This document shows, piece by piece, positions 33,106 to 43,078 of a DNA stretch of 64,000 nucleotides; position 1 is the stretch's first letter, and each line of letters opens with the position of its first letter. Source of the DNA: an uncultured Pseudomonadota bacterium (GTDB taxonomy: Bacteria > Myxococcota_A > Polyangia > Fen-1088); assembly GCA_963847705.1 (NCBI GenBank), contig CAWKBC010000027.1, positions 32,001-96,000 on the forward strand, read 5' to 3'. Position numbers and translations under genes: made by a program. Below the pieces are notes generated by a model, which worked only from the letters and a program-made list of their open reading frames with translations, searched no databases and was not told the DNA's origin.

Positions 33106-34989
33106 TCAGGCGCGTTTGGCCTCGAGCTCCGCCCAGCGGGTGTAAAGACGGTCGACCTCGGCCCGGCGCTCTTCGACCAGCGCCAGGAGCGCGATGAGGC
33201 GCGCGGCATCCGCGGCGTGCTCGGGACGCTCGCTGTCGGCGACCGCCTCGTTCACGGCGGCCTCGGCGCGGGCCAGGGTCTCCTCGATGGCGTCGTACTC
33301 GCGTTGCTCCTGGTAGCCGAGCTTGTTGCGGCGGCCGGCGCCGGAGGCCCCCCCGGCGGCCGCGTTGCTGGCCTTCGCCGCCGCGCGGGCCGCCACCAGA
33401 CGCTCGGCGCGCCAGCCTTCCCACTGCGCCAGGCTGGCGAACGGGACGATCGAGTTGGCGCCCGCCCGGGACCCGCTGGTCGGTGACGGCGAAGGTGCCG
33501 GCGAGGGCGCGGGATCGAACGCCAGGATCGTCGTGGCCACCTGGTCGAGGAAGTACCGATCGTGCGTCACCAGCAGCACGGCGCCGTCGAAGCCGGTGAG
33601 CGCCTCCTCGAGAACGGCCAGCGTCGGCAGATCGAGATCGTTGGTCGGCTCGTCGAGCACCAGGATCTGCGCCTCTTGCAGCATGAGCGCCGCCAGCAGG
33701 AGGCGGCTCTGCTCGCCGCCGGAGAGCTTGCCCACGGGGGTGTTCATCTGCTCGCTGGTGAAGAGAAACCGTTCGAGGTACCCGCGGACGTGCACGCGCG
33801 CGCCGCGGTAGCTGACGTAGTCGCCGTCGGGGCAGACCGTGTCGGCCAGCGTGCGCTCCGGATCGAGCGCGTCGCGCGTCTGCTGGAAGTAGGCGACCTT
33901 GAGACCGTCGGCGCGCAGGACGGTCCCCGCGGACGGCGCCTCGACGCCCAGGAGGACCCGGATCAGCGTCGATTTTCCGCAGCCGTTCGGACCGAGGAGC
34001 CCGACCCGCGTTCCGGGGCCGAGAAAGAGATCGACGCCCTGAAAGATCGTCCGGCCGTCGTAGCTCTGGGCGACCCCCTTCGCTTCCACGAGCCGCTTCG
34101 GGCGGCGCTCCGACGACTGGAAGTCGAGCGAAGCGGTGCGCGTCTGGTTGCGGCGGTCGAGCTCGGTCACCTCGTCGGCCAGCGTGCCGGCGCGCTGGAT
34201 GCGGGCCTGCTGCTTGGTGCTGCGCGCCGCCGCGCCGCGATGCAGCCATTCGGTCTCGCGCCGCAGGGTGTTGCGCAGGACGATCTCGCGCCGCTCCTGG
34301 GCGTGCATCTGCTCGCCCTTCACCCGGGTGTAGGCGACGTAGTCGCCGGCCACGCTCAAGAGGCCCCCGGCGTTGCGCCGATCGAGCTCGAGGATGCGCG
34401 TCGCCACCCGCTGCAGGAAGAGGCGGTCGTGGGTGATGGTCAGGGTGGCGAAGGGCGCGCGCGCCAGCAACACCTCCAGCGCCTCGATCCCCTCGACGTC
34501 GAGGTGGTTGGTCGGCTCGTCGAGCAGGAGCAGATCGGGTTGCCGGGCCAGCTCGCGCGCCAGCGCCACGCGCTTCTGCCAGCCGCCCGAGAGCGAGGCG
34601 ATGAGCGCGTCCGGATTGACGGCCGAGTCGTTGCGGCCGTCGAGCGCCAGGGTGGCCATCACCTTGCGCGCGATCTCCTCGCGCGCGTCGTCGCCGGCGA
34701 CCTTGGCCGAAGGGAGACCCTCCTCGACCGTGTCGCGCACCGTCGCGCCGGCGGTGAAGCGCGGAACCTGCTCGAGACGCGCCACGCGCAGGCCGCGGCG
34801 CCGCGCCACGTTCCCCTCATCGGGCCCCAAATCGTCGGCCAGGATCCGGAGCAAGGTCGACTTCCCGGCGCCGTTCGGGCCGATGAGGCCGATGCGCTCC
34901 CCCTCTTCGATGGTGAAGCTGACCCCCTCGAACAATGGCCGCGCGCCGAAGGCGGCCGACAGCTTTTCGACACCCAGCAGGATCCCCAC
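33106..34989 (-). CDS. ABC-F family ATPase (Uup-like)
   Basis: Two ABC cassettes (GPNGAGKS, GPNGCGKS, LSGG, LDEPTN), no TM segments, C-terminal coiled coil ending YTRWAELE. Confidence 0.9.
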   Translation of the reverse strand: MGILLGVEKLSAAFGARPLFEGVSFTIEEGERIGLIGPNGAGKSTLLRILADDLGPDEGNVARRRGLRVARLEQVPRFTAGATVRDTVEEGLPSAKVAGDDAREEIARKVMATLALDGRNDSAVNPDALIASLSGGWQKRVALARELARQPDLLLLDEPTNHLDVEGIEALEVLLARAPFATLTITHDRLFLQRVATRILELDRRNAGGLLSVAGDYVAYTRVKGEQMHAQERREIVLRNTLRRETEWLHRGAAARSTKQQARIQRAGTLADEVTELDRRNQTRTASLDFQSSERRPKRLVEAKGVAQSYDGRTIFQGVDLFLGPGTRVGLLGPNGCGKSTLIRVLLGVEAPSAGTVLRADGLKVAYFQQTRDALDPERTLADTVCPDGDYVSYRGARVHVRGYLERFLFTSEQMNTPVGKLSGGEQSRLLLAALMLQEAQILVLDEPTNDLDLPTLAVLEEALTGFDGAVLLVTHDRYFLDQVATTILAFDPAPSPAPSPSPTSGSRAGANSIVPFASLAQWEGWRAERLVAARAAAKASNAAAGGASGAGRRNKLGYQEQREYDAIEETLARAEAAVNEAVADSERPEHAADAARLIALLALVEERRAEVDRLYTRWAELEAKRA

Positions 34990-34990
34990 G

Positions 34991-37240
34991 TTAGCCCTTC
35001 CGATGCTTGTCTTTGGGGCGTGCGGCCGGGTGGGGCTTCGGGTGAGACGCCTTCATGTAGGAGGGTTTCACGTAGGGCTTGGCGTGCGTGTGGGGCTTCG
35101 CGCCCGGATAGGGCTTGCCGTTCGGGCGCGGCCTGGCGCCGGCGTGCAGCTTCGCCGGATGACCCGACCCGGAGTGGGGCTCGGGCTTCACCGAGTGGAG
35201 CTCGGGCTTGACGGCGTGGGGCTCGGGCTTCACGGAGTGGCGAGGCTCTGCTTGGGGCGGTCGCTTGTCGCGCGCTGGCGAAAATGGCGCAAACCCATCG
35301 CGGCGTTTGGAGGGATGCCCGGGCCTCGGTGCCTGGGGGGCGAATCCCTCTCGGCTCTTGGGCGTCTGTTCGCGCGCGGGGGCAGAGGGGCCAAACCCCT
35401 CCGGACGCTTGTGGGCCTGTTCGGACGCTGGCGGGGTGGGGGTGTGCTCCTCACGTTGCGCGGGGCTGCGCTCGGGTGCGGCCATCGGCGCTGTCGGCCG
35501 CGCGCCGGCGCGCGAGATGACCACGTGGCGGGCGCGCGGATCGCTCTCCGCAGCGGCGTCGGCGAATTCAGGCGCGGCGTGTCCGGCGATCTCGAACGTC
35601 GTCTCGTGCGGGCCAATCCGGATGGCGCCCACCTCGCGCCGGGTGACCCCGCCGCGCCGGCAGATGAGCGGCAACATCCAGCGTGGATCGGCGTTGTCCT
35701 TGGCGCCGATGTTCACCCGAAAGAGGACCGCCTCCTTTGACAGCTCGGCCCGGTCGCGCGGGTGCGGTCGCTCGTTGCGGGCGCCGAATCCGTTGTCGCG
35801 TCCGCCGAAGCCGCGCTCGGCCTCGAGGCGCGGCGCCGCGATCGTTTGAACGGCCTCGCCCGCGGGGAGGCGAGCGAGCTCGCGCGCCAGGAGCCGCCGG
35901 ATCAAGGCCGGCGCCGCCAGCTCGGCCTCCAGCCGGAGCGCCAGCGCGTCGGCCCCTTCGGCGAGCTTCGGTTCATCACCGACGACCGGCGCCAGGAGCT
36001 CCGTCGCCAGTCGCTCGCGTGCCGCCGCGGCGATCGTCTCGCGCGAGGGGAGCGGCGTCCAGACCGGCTTGACGTGCGCGCTCATCAGAAGGCGCTCCGC
36101 CTTGCGGCGTTCCGCGGGCGTGGAGATGATGACCGCCGTCCCTTTGCGGCCGGCCCGTCCCGTGCGGCCGCTCCGGTGGGTCAGCGACTCGGCGTTGAGC
36201 GGCAGATCGGCGTGCACGATCAGATCGACGTCCGGCAGGTGCAGCCCGCGCGCCGCCACGTTGGTGGCGACCAGGATGCGCACCTCGCCGCGCCGGAGCT
36301 GATCGAGCGCGCGATCGCGCTCGGCCTGGGCGCGATCGCCCGAGATCGCCGTGGCCGCGAACCCGCGCGCCACCAGCGCCGCGTGCAGGTCGGCCACCGC
36401 CTCGCGGGTCGTCACGAAGACGATCGCGCGCTCGCTGTCCGAGGCGCGCAGCACGTTGACGACCGCCCCCAGGCGATCGCCCCCCGAGACCAGATGCGCG
36501 ACGTAGCTGATGTCGTCGTGCGCCTGGGAGGGCGTGGCGCCGCCCGCCTGCGAGCGGCGTGGATCGATCGCCACCGCGTCGCGCTGAAAGCGCTTGGCCA
36601 TCGCGCGGATCTCGGGCGGGATGGTGGCGGACAGCAGCAGCGTGCGCCGCTCGGCCGGCGCGGCCTTGAGGATCGTCTCCAGGTCCTCGCGAAACCCGAG
36701 GTCCAGCATCTCGTCGGCCTCGTCGAGGACGACCGCCTTGAGGCCGCCGAGCGGCAGCCGCTCGCGCCGCAGCAGATCGACCAGGCGCCCGGGCGTCCCG
36801 ATGACCACGTCGACGCCGCGCTCGAGCGTCCGCAGATCGCCGCTCACCGGCGTCCCGCCCGTGAACGACGCCAGCCGCAGCCGCGTGTCGGCCAGCAGCC
36901 AGGCCAGCTCGCCGCGGACCTGCGTCGCCAGCTCCCGCGTCGGGACGATGACCAGCGCTGCCGGCTCGCTGCGTGACTTGCTGCCGTAGGCGGGCATCGC
37001 CGCCCCGGCCACGGCGCCCGGCGCGCCTGCCTCGGCCCCCGGCGCGCCCAGCAGCGTCTCGGCGACGATCACCCCGAAGGCGATCGTCTTGCCCGACCCG
37101 GTCTGCGATGACACCAGCAGGTCCCGGCCGGCGACCGCCGGATCGAGCACCGCTGCCTGGACGCCGGTGGCGGTTTCGTACCCCCGCGCCGCCAGCGCCT
37201 TGGCCAGCGCCGGAAGAAGGTTGAGCTCTGCAAAATTCAT
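34991..37240 (-). CDS. DEAD-box RNA helicase with DbpA-type RNA-binding domain
   Basis: QTGSGKT, PTRELA, TPGR, DEAD, SAT, ARGL, HRSGRTGRAG; repetitive basic tail. Confidence 0.92.
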   Translation of the reverse strand: MNFAELNLLPALAKALAARGYETATGVQAAVLDPAVAGRDLLVSSQTGSGKTIAFGVIVAETLLGAPGAEAGAPGAVAGAAMPAYGSKSRSEPAALVIVPTRELATQVRGELAWLLADTRLRLASFTGGTPVSGDLRTLERGVDVVIGTPGRLVDLLRRERLPLGGLKAVVLDEADEMLDLGFREDLETILKAAPAERRTLLLSATIPPEIRAMAKRFQRDAVAIDPRRSQAGGATPSQAHDDISYVAHLVSGGDRLGAVVNVLRASDSERAIVFVTTREAVADLHAALVARGFAATAISGDRAQAERDRALDQLRRGEVRILVATNVAARGLHLPDVDLIVHADLPLNAESLTHRSGRTGRAGRKGTAVIISTPAERRKAERLLMSAHVKPVWTPLPSRETIAAAARERLATELLAPVVGDEPKLAEGADALALRLEAELAAPALIRRLLARELARLPAGEAVQTIAAPRLEAERGFGGRDNGFGARNERPHPRDRAELSKEAVLFRVNIGAKDNADPRWMLPLICRRGGVTRREVGAIRIGPHETTFEIAGHAAPEFADAAAESDPRARHVVISRAGARPTAPMAAPERSPAQREEHTPTPPASEQAHKRPEGFGPSAPAREQTPKSREGFAPQAPRPGHPSKRRDGFAPFSPARDKRPPQAEPRHSVKPEPHAVKPELHSVKPEPHSGSGHPAKLHAGARPRPNGKPYPGAKPHTHAKPYVKPSYMKASHPKPHPAARPKDKHRKG

Positions 37241-37333
37241 GCGGCGCGAGGTCTACCGCACTTCCGTCCGGAACGAGAGGACCATATGAGGCCAGTCGCC
37301 TCAGCCGGAAGCGAAGTGGAGCAGCGCTGTGCG

Positions 37334-38167
37334 CTACGAGCCGGTCGAGACGACCGAGAGGCGCAGCAGGCAATCCTCCTCGAAGAGCGGCGCGCGCCCC
37401 GGCTGGAGCCGCTGCGAAAGCGCCGAGCTCAGCTCCATGTGCTCCACCTGGAACCCGAGGTCACGGTGGTAGCGGGTGACCTCCTCGCGATCCGCCGAGA
37501 GCCGAAAACGGCCGCTTCCAGGCGCCCCACCGAAGTCGTCGGCGACCCCCCGAAGCTTGAAGTCGTAGGCGAAGGCGCTGGCGGGGTGCAGCTTGCGCGA
37601 GAGCATCCGCAGAAACGTGGCGAAGGCCTCCTTCCCCACGTAGGGGCTCACCCCCTCCAGCATCACCAGCGCCGGCGCTGCGGGGGCGCGGGAGAGCCAC
37701 GCCTCGAGCGCGGGCCAGGCGCCGGCCTCGAGGTCGATGGGCTGATAGGCGACGTGCTCGGACGCCCCCCACAGCCGGCGGGCGAGCTGCTCCTTGGCCC
37801 GGATGGCCGGCTCCTGATCGCACTCCAGCACCTCCACGCGGTGCGCGCGCAGCGGGCCGGCGAACCGCTGGGCCCGGGTGTCGCTGCCGCACCCGATGTT
37901 GACGATGCGGGTGATTGAGCTCTCGAGCGCCTCGCCGAAGACCTGATCGTAGTACTTCGTGCGGGCGTTCAGGTAGGCGTAGAACGGGTTGGCCCTCAGC
38001 TTCGGAAGCAGCAAGGTCCCGCGCACCCAGCAGCCGAGTCGCTTCGACCAGGGGAGAAAGCCGCCCACCAGCCGGTCTGGGCCTCTGGCCGCGCCCTTCT
38101 CGAAGTGCGACTGGATGTAGCGCAGCTCGCCGACGCTCATCATGTAGCTGAGATTGGGGAGATTCAT
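37334..38167 (-). CDS. Class I SAM-dependent methyltransferase (LCM-like)
   Basis: ARTKYYD, IVNIGCGSDTR, ECDQ, LEGVSPY; starts 4 nt after the glgA stop. Confidence 0.8.
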   Translation of the reverse strand: MNLPNLSYMMSVGELRYIQSHFEKGAARGPDRLVGGFLPWSKRLGCWVRGTLLLPKLRANPFYAYLNARTKYYDQVFGEALESSITRIVNIGCGSDTRAQRFAGPLRAHRVEVLECDQEPAIRAKEQLARRLWGASEHVAYQPIDLEAGAWPALEAWLSRAPAAPALVMLEGVSPYVGKEAFATFLRMLSRKLHPASAFAYDFKLRGVADDFGGAPGSGRFRLSADREEVTRYHRDLGFQVEHMELSSALSQRLQPGRAPLFEEDCLLRLSVVSTGS

Positions 38168-38171
38168 GGTG

Positions 38172-39662
38172 CTAGCCCGCGAAGCCGTGCCCCCGCCGTT
38201 TCTCGTAGGCCCGCAGATACAGATCCCGGTACGCCCCCGCCGCGCGGTCCCAGGAGAAGTCCTGCGCCATGGCCCGCTTCTTCATCGCGTCGATGTGCTT
38301 TGGGCGGTCGAACCAGGTCGAGACGGCCCAGCCGATGGTGTTGGCGAGCGACTCGGGGTTGAGGTCGGTGAACATGAAGCCGGTGCCGCCCGCGTTCGCC
38401 TCGTCGTAGTTCTGGACGGTGTCGACGAGGCCCCCGGTCGCTCTGACGACCGGCAGCGTCCCGTAGCGCAGGCTGTACATCTGGTTCAGGCCGCAGGGCT
38501 CGAAGCGGGACGGCATCAGGAAGAAGTCCGAGCCGGCCTCGATGCGGTGGGCGCGGCCGTTGTCGAACTTCAGCCAGGCCCGAAATCGGTCGCCGCGGTG
38601 GGCGTCGGCCCAGGCGAAGAAGCGCTCCGCGTCCGGATCGCCCGTCCCGAGCAGCACGATCTGCACGTCCCAGCCCAGGATGCGGTCGAGCGCGTGCGCC
38701 AGGACGTCGAACCCCTTCTGCGACGTCAGGCGTCCGACCACGCCGAAGAGCGGGACGTCGGGGCGAATGGCGAAGCCGGCCTCCTTTTGCAGCGCCGCCT
38801 TGCAGGCCGCCTTGCCGGCCATCTTCTTGGCGTCGAACTTCTTCGCCAGGTATTTGTCGACGGCCGGGTTCCACTCGTCCGTGTCGATGCCGTTCAGGAT
38901 GCCGACCAGGTCGCCGCTGCGCGCGCTGAGCACGCCGTCGAGCCCGCTGCCGTAGGGGCCGGTCTGGATCTCCCGCGCGTAGGTCGGGCTCACCGTCGAC
39001 AGGAGCGTGCTGTGGTGGAGCGCCCCCTTGGTCAGGTTCATGGCGCCGAAGTGTTCCAGCTCGTTCGGGTTGTAGTGCTCGCGCCCGAGGCCGGTGATGA
39101 AGATGCCGCCGCCGTCGAAGACCCCCTGGTAGGCCAGGTTGTGGATCGAGTAGATCGTCGCCGCCGCGTGCAGCGGCTGCATCCATTCGACCGTGTTGAC
39201 GTAGACGGGGACGAGCGCGGTCTGCCAGTCGTTGCAGTGGATGACGTCGGGGTAAAAGCCCAGCGCCTTGCACAGCTCCAGCGAGCCGCGCGACAGGAAC
39301 GTGAACCGCTCCAGGTTGTCGGGATAGCCCTCGGCCGGCGGCCCGTACAGGTAGGGGCGGTCGAAGTAGCGGTTGAACTCCAGGCAGTAGATCGGGACGT
39401 CGCTGTCAGGAAGCTTGCCGTGGCGCACGCGCGCCCGCGCCGAGCCCCACCACATCGGCACCGAGAGAAGGCCGTCCAGCGCGTCGAGCTCGTTCCAGGG
39501 CATCCCCGCGTAGAGCGGCATCACCACCCGCACGTCGATCCCCAGCGCGCGCAGCGACTTCGGCAGCGCGCCCGCCACGTCGGCCAGCCCGCCAGTCTTG
39601 GCGAAGGGGGCGCACTCCGAAGCGACGAACAGAACCTTGAGAATGGCGGCGGGACCGGCCAA
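38172..39662 (-). CDS. glgA: Glycogen synthase (GT5)
   Basis: KTGGLADV, HCNDWQT, IHNLAYQG, PSRFEPCGL, TGGLVDTV. Confidence 0.95.
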   Translation of the reverse strand: MAGPAAILKVLFVASECAPFAKTGGLADVAGALPKSLRALGIDVRVVMPLYAGMPWNELDALDGLLSVPMWWGSARARVRHGKLPDSDVPIYCLEFNRYFDRPYLYGPPAEGYPDNLERFTFLSRGSLELCKALGFYPDVIHCNDWQTALVPVYVNTVEWMQPLHAAATIYSIHNLAYQGVFDGGGIFITGLGREHYNPNELEHFGAMNLTKGALHHSTLLSTVSPTYAREIQTGPYGSGLDGVLSARSGDLVGILNGIDTDEWNPAVDKYLAKKFDAKKMAGKAACKAALQKEAGFAIRPDVPLFGVVGRLTSQKGFDVLAHALDRILGWDVQIVLLGTGDPDAERFFAWADAHRGDRFRAWLKFDNGRAHRIEAGSDFFLMPSRFEPCGLNQMYSLRYGTLPVVRATGGLVDTVQNYDEANAGGTGFMFTDLNPESLANTIGWAVSTWFDRPKHIDAMKKRAMAQDFSWDRAAGAYRDLYLRAYEKRRGHGFAG

Positions 39663-39666
39663 CGAA

Positions 39667-41250
39667 TCAGCTGGCGTAGATATGGTAGTCGATCTGCGGG
39701 AAAATGTTGTTCCGCGACTCGACGTCGGCCAACCAGCGCTCGTTCACCTTGGCGCCGCGCAGATCGTCATAGAGCTTGTTGAACTGCACGATGTGCTGGT
39801 TGATGCGCTTGGTCGCGTAGGGGACCGTGGTCCCGGTCCGCATGATGAACGTCCAGTCGCTCGACTGCGCCAGCATCAGCTCGCGGGCGGCCTGATTGAG
39901 GGCGCGGGTGGTGAGCGGGTCGGCGCTGGGGTGGCGGCGCGCGAGCTCAATCATCCGCTCGCCGGCCGTGTGCAGGTGGCGGTAGGTCCAGGAGTTGGTC
40001 TCGTTGATCCAGTAGTCGTTGTAGCCCTTGGCGCCCCACGACGAGGCGCAGGGGGTGGCCACCTGGTTGGTGTCGTAGCGATCCAAGTAATCGCCCGGCG
40101 TGATGGTCTCGACGTCGTGCTGATCGAAGTGCATCTGGCGGAAGACGTCGCCCAGGAACATCGGCCCCTCGTACCACCAGTGCCCATAGAGCTCGGCGTC
40201 GTACGGGCTGACGACAATCGGCGGGCGGTTCATCTGACTGCGCAGGCGGTTGACCTGCTTTTCGCGGTTGCCCCGAAAGTGGGAGGCGTGCAGGCCCACC
40301 TTGCCGCGCGCGATGTCCGGGTCGTAGACCCACTTGTCGTGCAGCTGGTTGTGGGTGATGGCGTGGTACTTGATGCCGGTGTACATCCGGTGCCCTTCCG
40401 GGTGGATGTACGGCTTGATGTAGTCGAGCGGCAGGTCGAAGCCGATGTCGCGGTAGAAGTCGCGGTAGTGCTTGTCGCCGGGGTAGCCCTCCTGGGCGCT
40501 CCAGACCTGCTCCGACGACTCCATGTCGCGGCCGAAGGCGGCCACGCCGCTCGGGCAGTAGAGCGGGGCGTAGACGCCGTACTGCGGGCGCTGGTCGGCG
40601 AACAGGATGCCGTGCGTGTCGACGAAGAAGTAGCGGACGGCCGCCTCGCGCAGCAGCTCGTCGACGCCGGGGACGAAGCCGCATTCGCCCAGCCACATGC
40701 CGCGCGGGCGGTGGCCGAAGTTCTTCTCGAAGAGGTCGGCGGCGACGTGGATCTGGGCCCGGATGTTGGCCCAGTTGCGGTCCATCGCCGGGAAGAAGGC
40801 GTGCGTCGCGGTCGAGGTGATCACCTCGACGCGGCCGGCCTCCTCGAGGTGGCGGAAGGCCTTCACCAGATCGCCGCCGTGGCAGCGCCAGGTGTGGCGC
40901 AGCGAGCGGAAGCGGTCGGCGTACATATAGGCCAGCCGCTGGTAGTGCCGCTCGGGGCGCGTCCGGTCGATCTCTTTTTCAGCCAGCTCGATCAGCTTGT
41001 CGAGGTGCGCGGCGTAGCGGACCTTCAGCAGATCGTCGGTCAGCATCGTGATGAGCGGCGCCGACAGCGAGACCGTGCAGCGGTAGGGGACGTGATCGGC
41101 GATGAGCCCCTCGAACGTCTGCAGGAGCGGCAGGTAGGTCCCGGTGATCGCCTCGTAGAGCCACTGCTCCTCCATCACCGTCGGATCTTCCGGGTGACGC
41201 ACGAAGGGGAGGTGGGCGTGCAGCACCAGCGCGAAATAGCCGTTGGGCAT
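39667..41250 (-). CDS. GH57 family 1,4-alpha-glucan branching enzyme (DUF1957)
   Basis: LVLHAHLPFV, GMWLGEC, YDAELYGHWWYEG, LAQSSDW. Confidence 0.9.
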   Translation of the reverse strand: MPNGYFALVLHAHLPFVRHPEDPTVMEEQWLYEAITGTYLPLLQTFEGLIADHVPYRCTVSLSAPLITMLTDDLLKVRYAAHLDKLIELAEKEIDRTRPERHYQRLAYMYADRFRSLRHTWRCHGGDLVKAFRHLEEAGRVEVITSTATHAFFPAMDRNWANIRAQIHVAADLFEKNFGHRPRGMWLGECGFVPGVDELLREAAVRYFFVDTHGILFADQRPQYGVYAPLYCPSGVAAFGRDMESSEQVWSAQEGYPGDKHYRDFYRDIGFDLPLDYIKPYIHPEGHRMYTGIKYHAITHNQLHDKWVYDPDIARGKVGLHASHFRGNREKQVNRLRSQMNRPPIVVSPYDAELYGHWWYEGPMFLGDVFRQMHFDQHDVETITPGDYLDRYDTNQVATPCASSWGAKGYNDYWINETNSWTYRHLHTAGERMIELARRHPSADPLTTRALNQAARELMLAQSSDWTFIMRTGTTVPYATKRINQHIVQFNKLYDDLRGAKVNERWLADVESRNNIFPQIDYHIYAS

Positions 41251-41252
41251 GG

Positions 41253-42995
41253 CTACTCTCCACCCTTCGGATAGTCGCTGGCAGGCGATCGCGGGGACGC
41301 AGCCGGGCTCTGCCCGGCGGAGTCCGTCGCGCGAGGGTGCGGGAACCCTTCCAGGGTTCCTGCGCCAAATTGCTCACTGGCGCCGCCGTAGGGAAATTCG
41401 CTGGCGCCGCCGAGCCCACGCTCGCTGGCGCCCATCATCATCCGCTCGCTGGCCCCCGCGTAGGTCAGCTCGCTCGCCCCGCGCATCATCCGCTCGCTGG
41501 CGCCGGCGTACATCGTCTCGCTGCCGCCGCGCAGCCGTCGCTCGCTGGCGCCCGCGTACATCAGCTCGCTGGAGCCGCCCAGCAGCATCTCGCTGGCGCC
41601 CATCATCCACAGCTCGCTGGCGCCCCCCAGCCGGAGCTCGCTCGAGCCGAGCCAGGAACGCTCGCTGGCCCCGAGCGACATCCACTCCGAGCTGCCGGGC
41701 GCGACATGACCTTCTCCAGCTTCGCCCGTCCCGAACCGCTCGAAGCCTCCCGAGACCGCCACCTGGCGCTTGTACTCCCAGGTGCCGAGCACCCGCCGCT
41801 CGGCGCGCGCGCCGAGGCCGCGGATGACCACCTGCCAGGGGCCATAGACGACGTGCACGCGGCCGTTCTCGGTCCGCACCGAGATCTCACCGCTGTCGCG
41901 AACCTCCACCACCGACGAGGGGACCTCGATCGGGTAGGTGAACGGTCCCGACTCCCACTCCGTCCGCAGGAGCGGCCCCACCCACTCGGTCCGCTTCACG
42001 TCGCCGGTCCACTCGGCGCCGCTCTGCTCCTGCCACTCCCAGCGACGGCCCACGGCGCGGTTGCCGCCGGGCGCCGGGAATCCCCCGAAGTGCTCGGTCC
42101 AGTCAGCCCAGCTCGGCGTCTCGCCGCCGGGGCCGGGTCCACCGCCGGGGGCGCCGCCCGCCTCGCCGCCGTGCCCGCCGGCCGCGGCGCCGTTGCCCGG
42201 GGCCCCGCCGTGGTGGTGCCCCTGGATCTCGCCGCTGGCGCGCACGGTCAGCCATTCGACCGGGCCGCCCGGCATCGGCTCGCGGCGCGGAAACTCGGCG
42301 CGCCCGGAGCGGACGATCTTGGCGAAGTAGCCCTCTTCGGACTTCAGACCCACCTCGACGGTGGCGCTGGAGGTCGGCTTGTTGATGACGAAGAACCACT
42401 GGCGATCGTGCCGCTCGATCCGGTGGTCGAAGTAGCTGTGCGCGTTGGTGCCGTCGAACAGGCGCCCGCTGATGTCGTAGACGCGCAGGTTCAGCCAGGC
42501 GTTGGCGCCGGCCGGGCCCAGCCCCGCGCGCGCCGCCGCGACCGCGTCGTCGGTGACCTCCCAGTAGACGTAGAGACGCTCGGGATCGATGACCATCGCG
42601 GTGACGCGGTCGTGGCCGTAGCCCCAGGGGATGTGCTGGGGCATCGGCGCGGCGTCGACGGCCGGGCCGAGATCGAACTTGGGCGGGAACGACGCCATGC
42701 CGTTCTCGGTCGCCGGCGCGGAGCCCGGCGTGGTTCCGTTGCCGGACGCCGAGCGGGCGATCGCGGCGCGCAGACCGTCGAAGGCGACCTTGACCCGACC
42801 GGCCAGATCTTCTTTCACCAGCTTGGAGACCCCGCTCAACCCCAGGGTCTGGGCGCAATCGAGCAGCTGCTTGCGCGTCGCCTGGTCGAAGAGCTCTTCC
42901 GAGGTGAACGAAGGGAGACGAGCGTCCGCCTTTTGCCCCACGATCACGAGGATCTGTGAGGCGAGATCGATCTCCGATGTCATCTCAGGTGGCAT
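41253..42995 (-). CDS. DUF4912-domain protein with N-terminal Rho_N-like helices and C-terminal GASE repeats
   Basis: IPWGYG...DPERLYVYWEV...LRVYD...QWF; N-terminal LLDCAQTLGLSGVSKLVKEDL. Start uncertain. Confidence 0.75.
   Translation of the reverse strand: MPPEMTSEIDLASQILVIVGQKADARLPSFTSEELFDQATRKQLLDCAQTLGLSGVSKLVKEDLAGRVKVAFDGLRAAIARSASGNGTTPGSAPATENGMASFPPKFDLGPAVDAAPMPQHIPWGYGHDRVTAMVIDPERLYVYWEVTDDAVAAARAGLGPAGANAWLNLRVYDISGRLFDGTNAHSYFDHRIERHDRQWFFVINKPTSSATVEVGLKSEEGYFAKIVRSGRAEFPRREPMPGGPVEWLTVRASGEIQGHHHGGAPGNGAAAGGHGGEAGGAPGGGPGPGGETPSWADWTEHFGGFPAPGGNRAVGRRWEWQEQSGAEWTGDVKRTEWVGPLLRTEWESGPFTYPIEVPSSVVEVRDSGEISVRTENGRVHVVYGPWQVVIRGLGARAERRVLGTWEYKRQVAVSGGFERFGTGEAGEGHVAPGSSEWMSLGASERSWLGSSELRLGGASELWMMGASEMLLGGSSELMYAGASERRLRGGSETMYAGASERMMRGASELTYAGASERMMMGASERGLGGASEFPYGGASEQFGAGTLEGFPHPRATDSAGQSPAASPRSPASDYPKGGE
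41370..41700 (-). repeat. About 14 coding 24-nt repeats encoding G(A/S)SExxxx
   Basis: GSSEWMSL, GASERSWL, GSSELRLG, GASELWMM, GASEMLLG... in translation; CTCGCTGGCGCC recurs on the + strand. Confidence 0.9.
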
Positions 42996-43078
42996 GAAGG
43001 TGTAACTCCCACACGATAGTCTTTTTGATCGGGCTTGGGCGGAAAAAGTTCGAACCCGCGCGGTAAGCTGCGGCGGCC

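Noticed and set aside
41370-41700. CRISPR array or RiPP precursor
   Set aside because: Repeats are in-frame and degenerate within a large protein, with no spacers, cas genes or maturase nearby.
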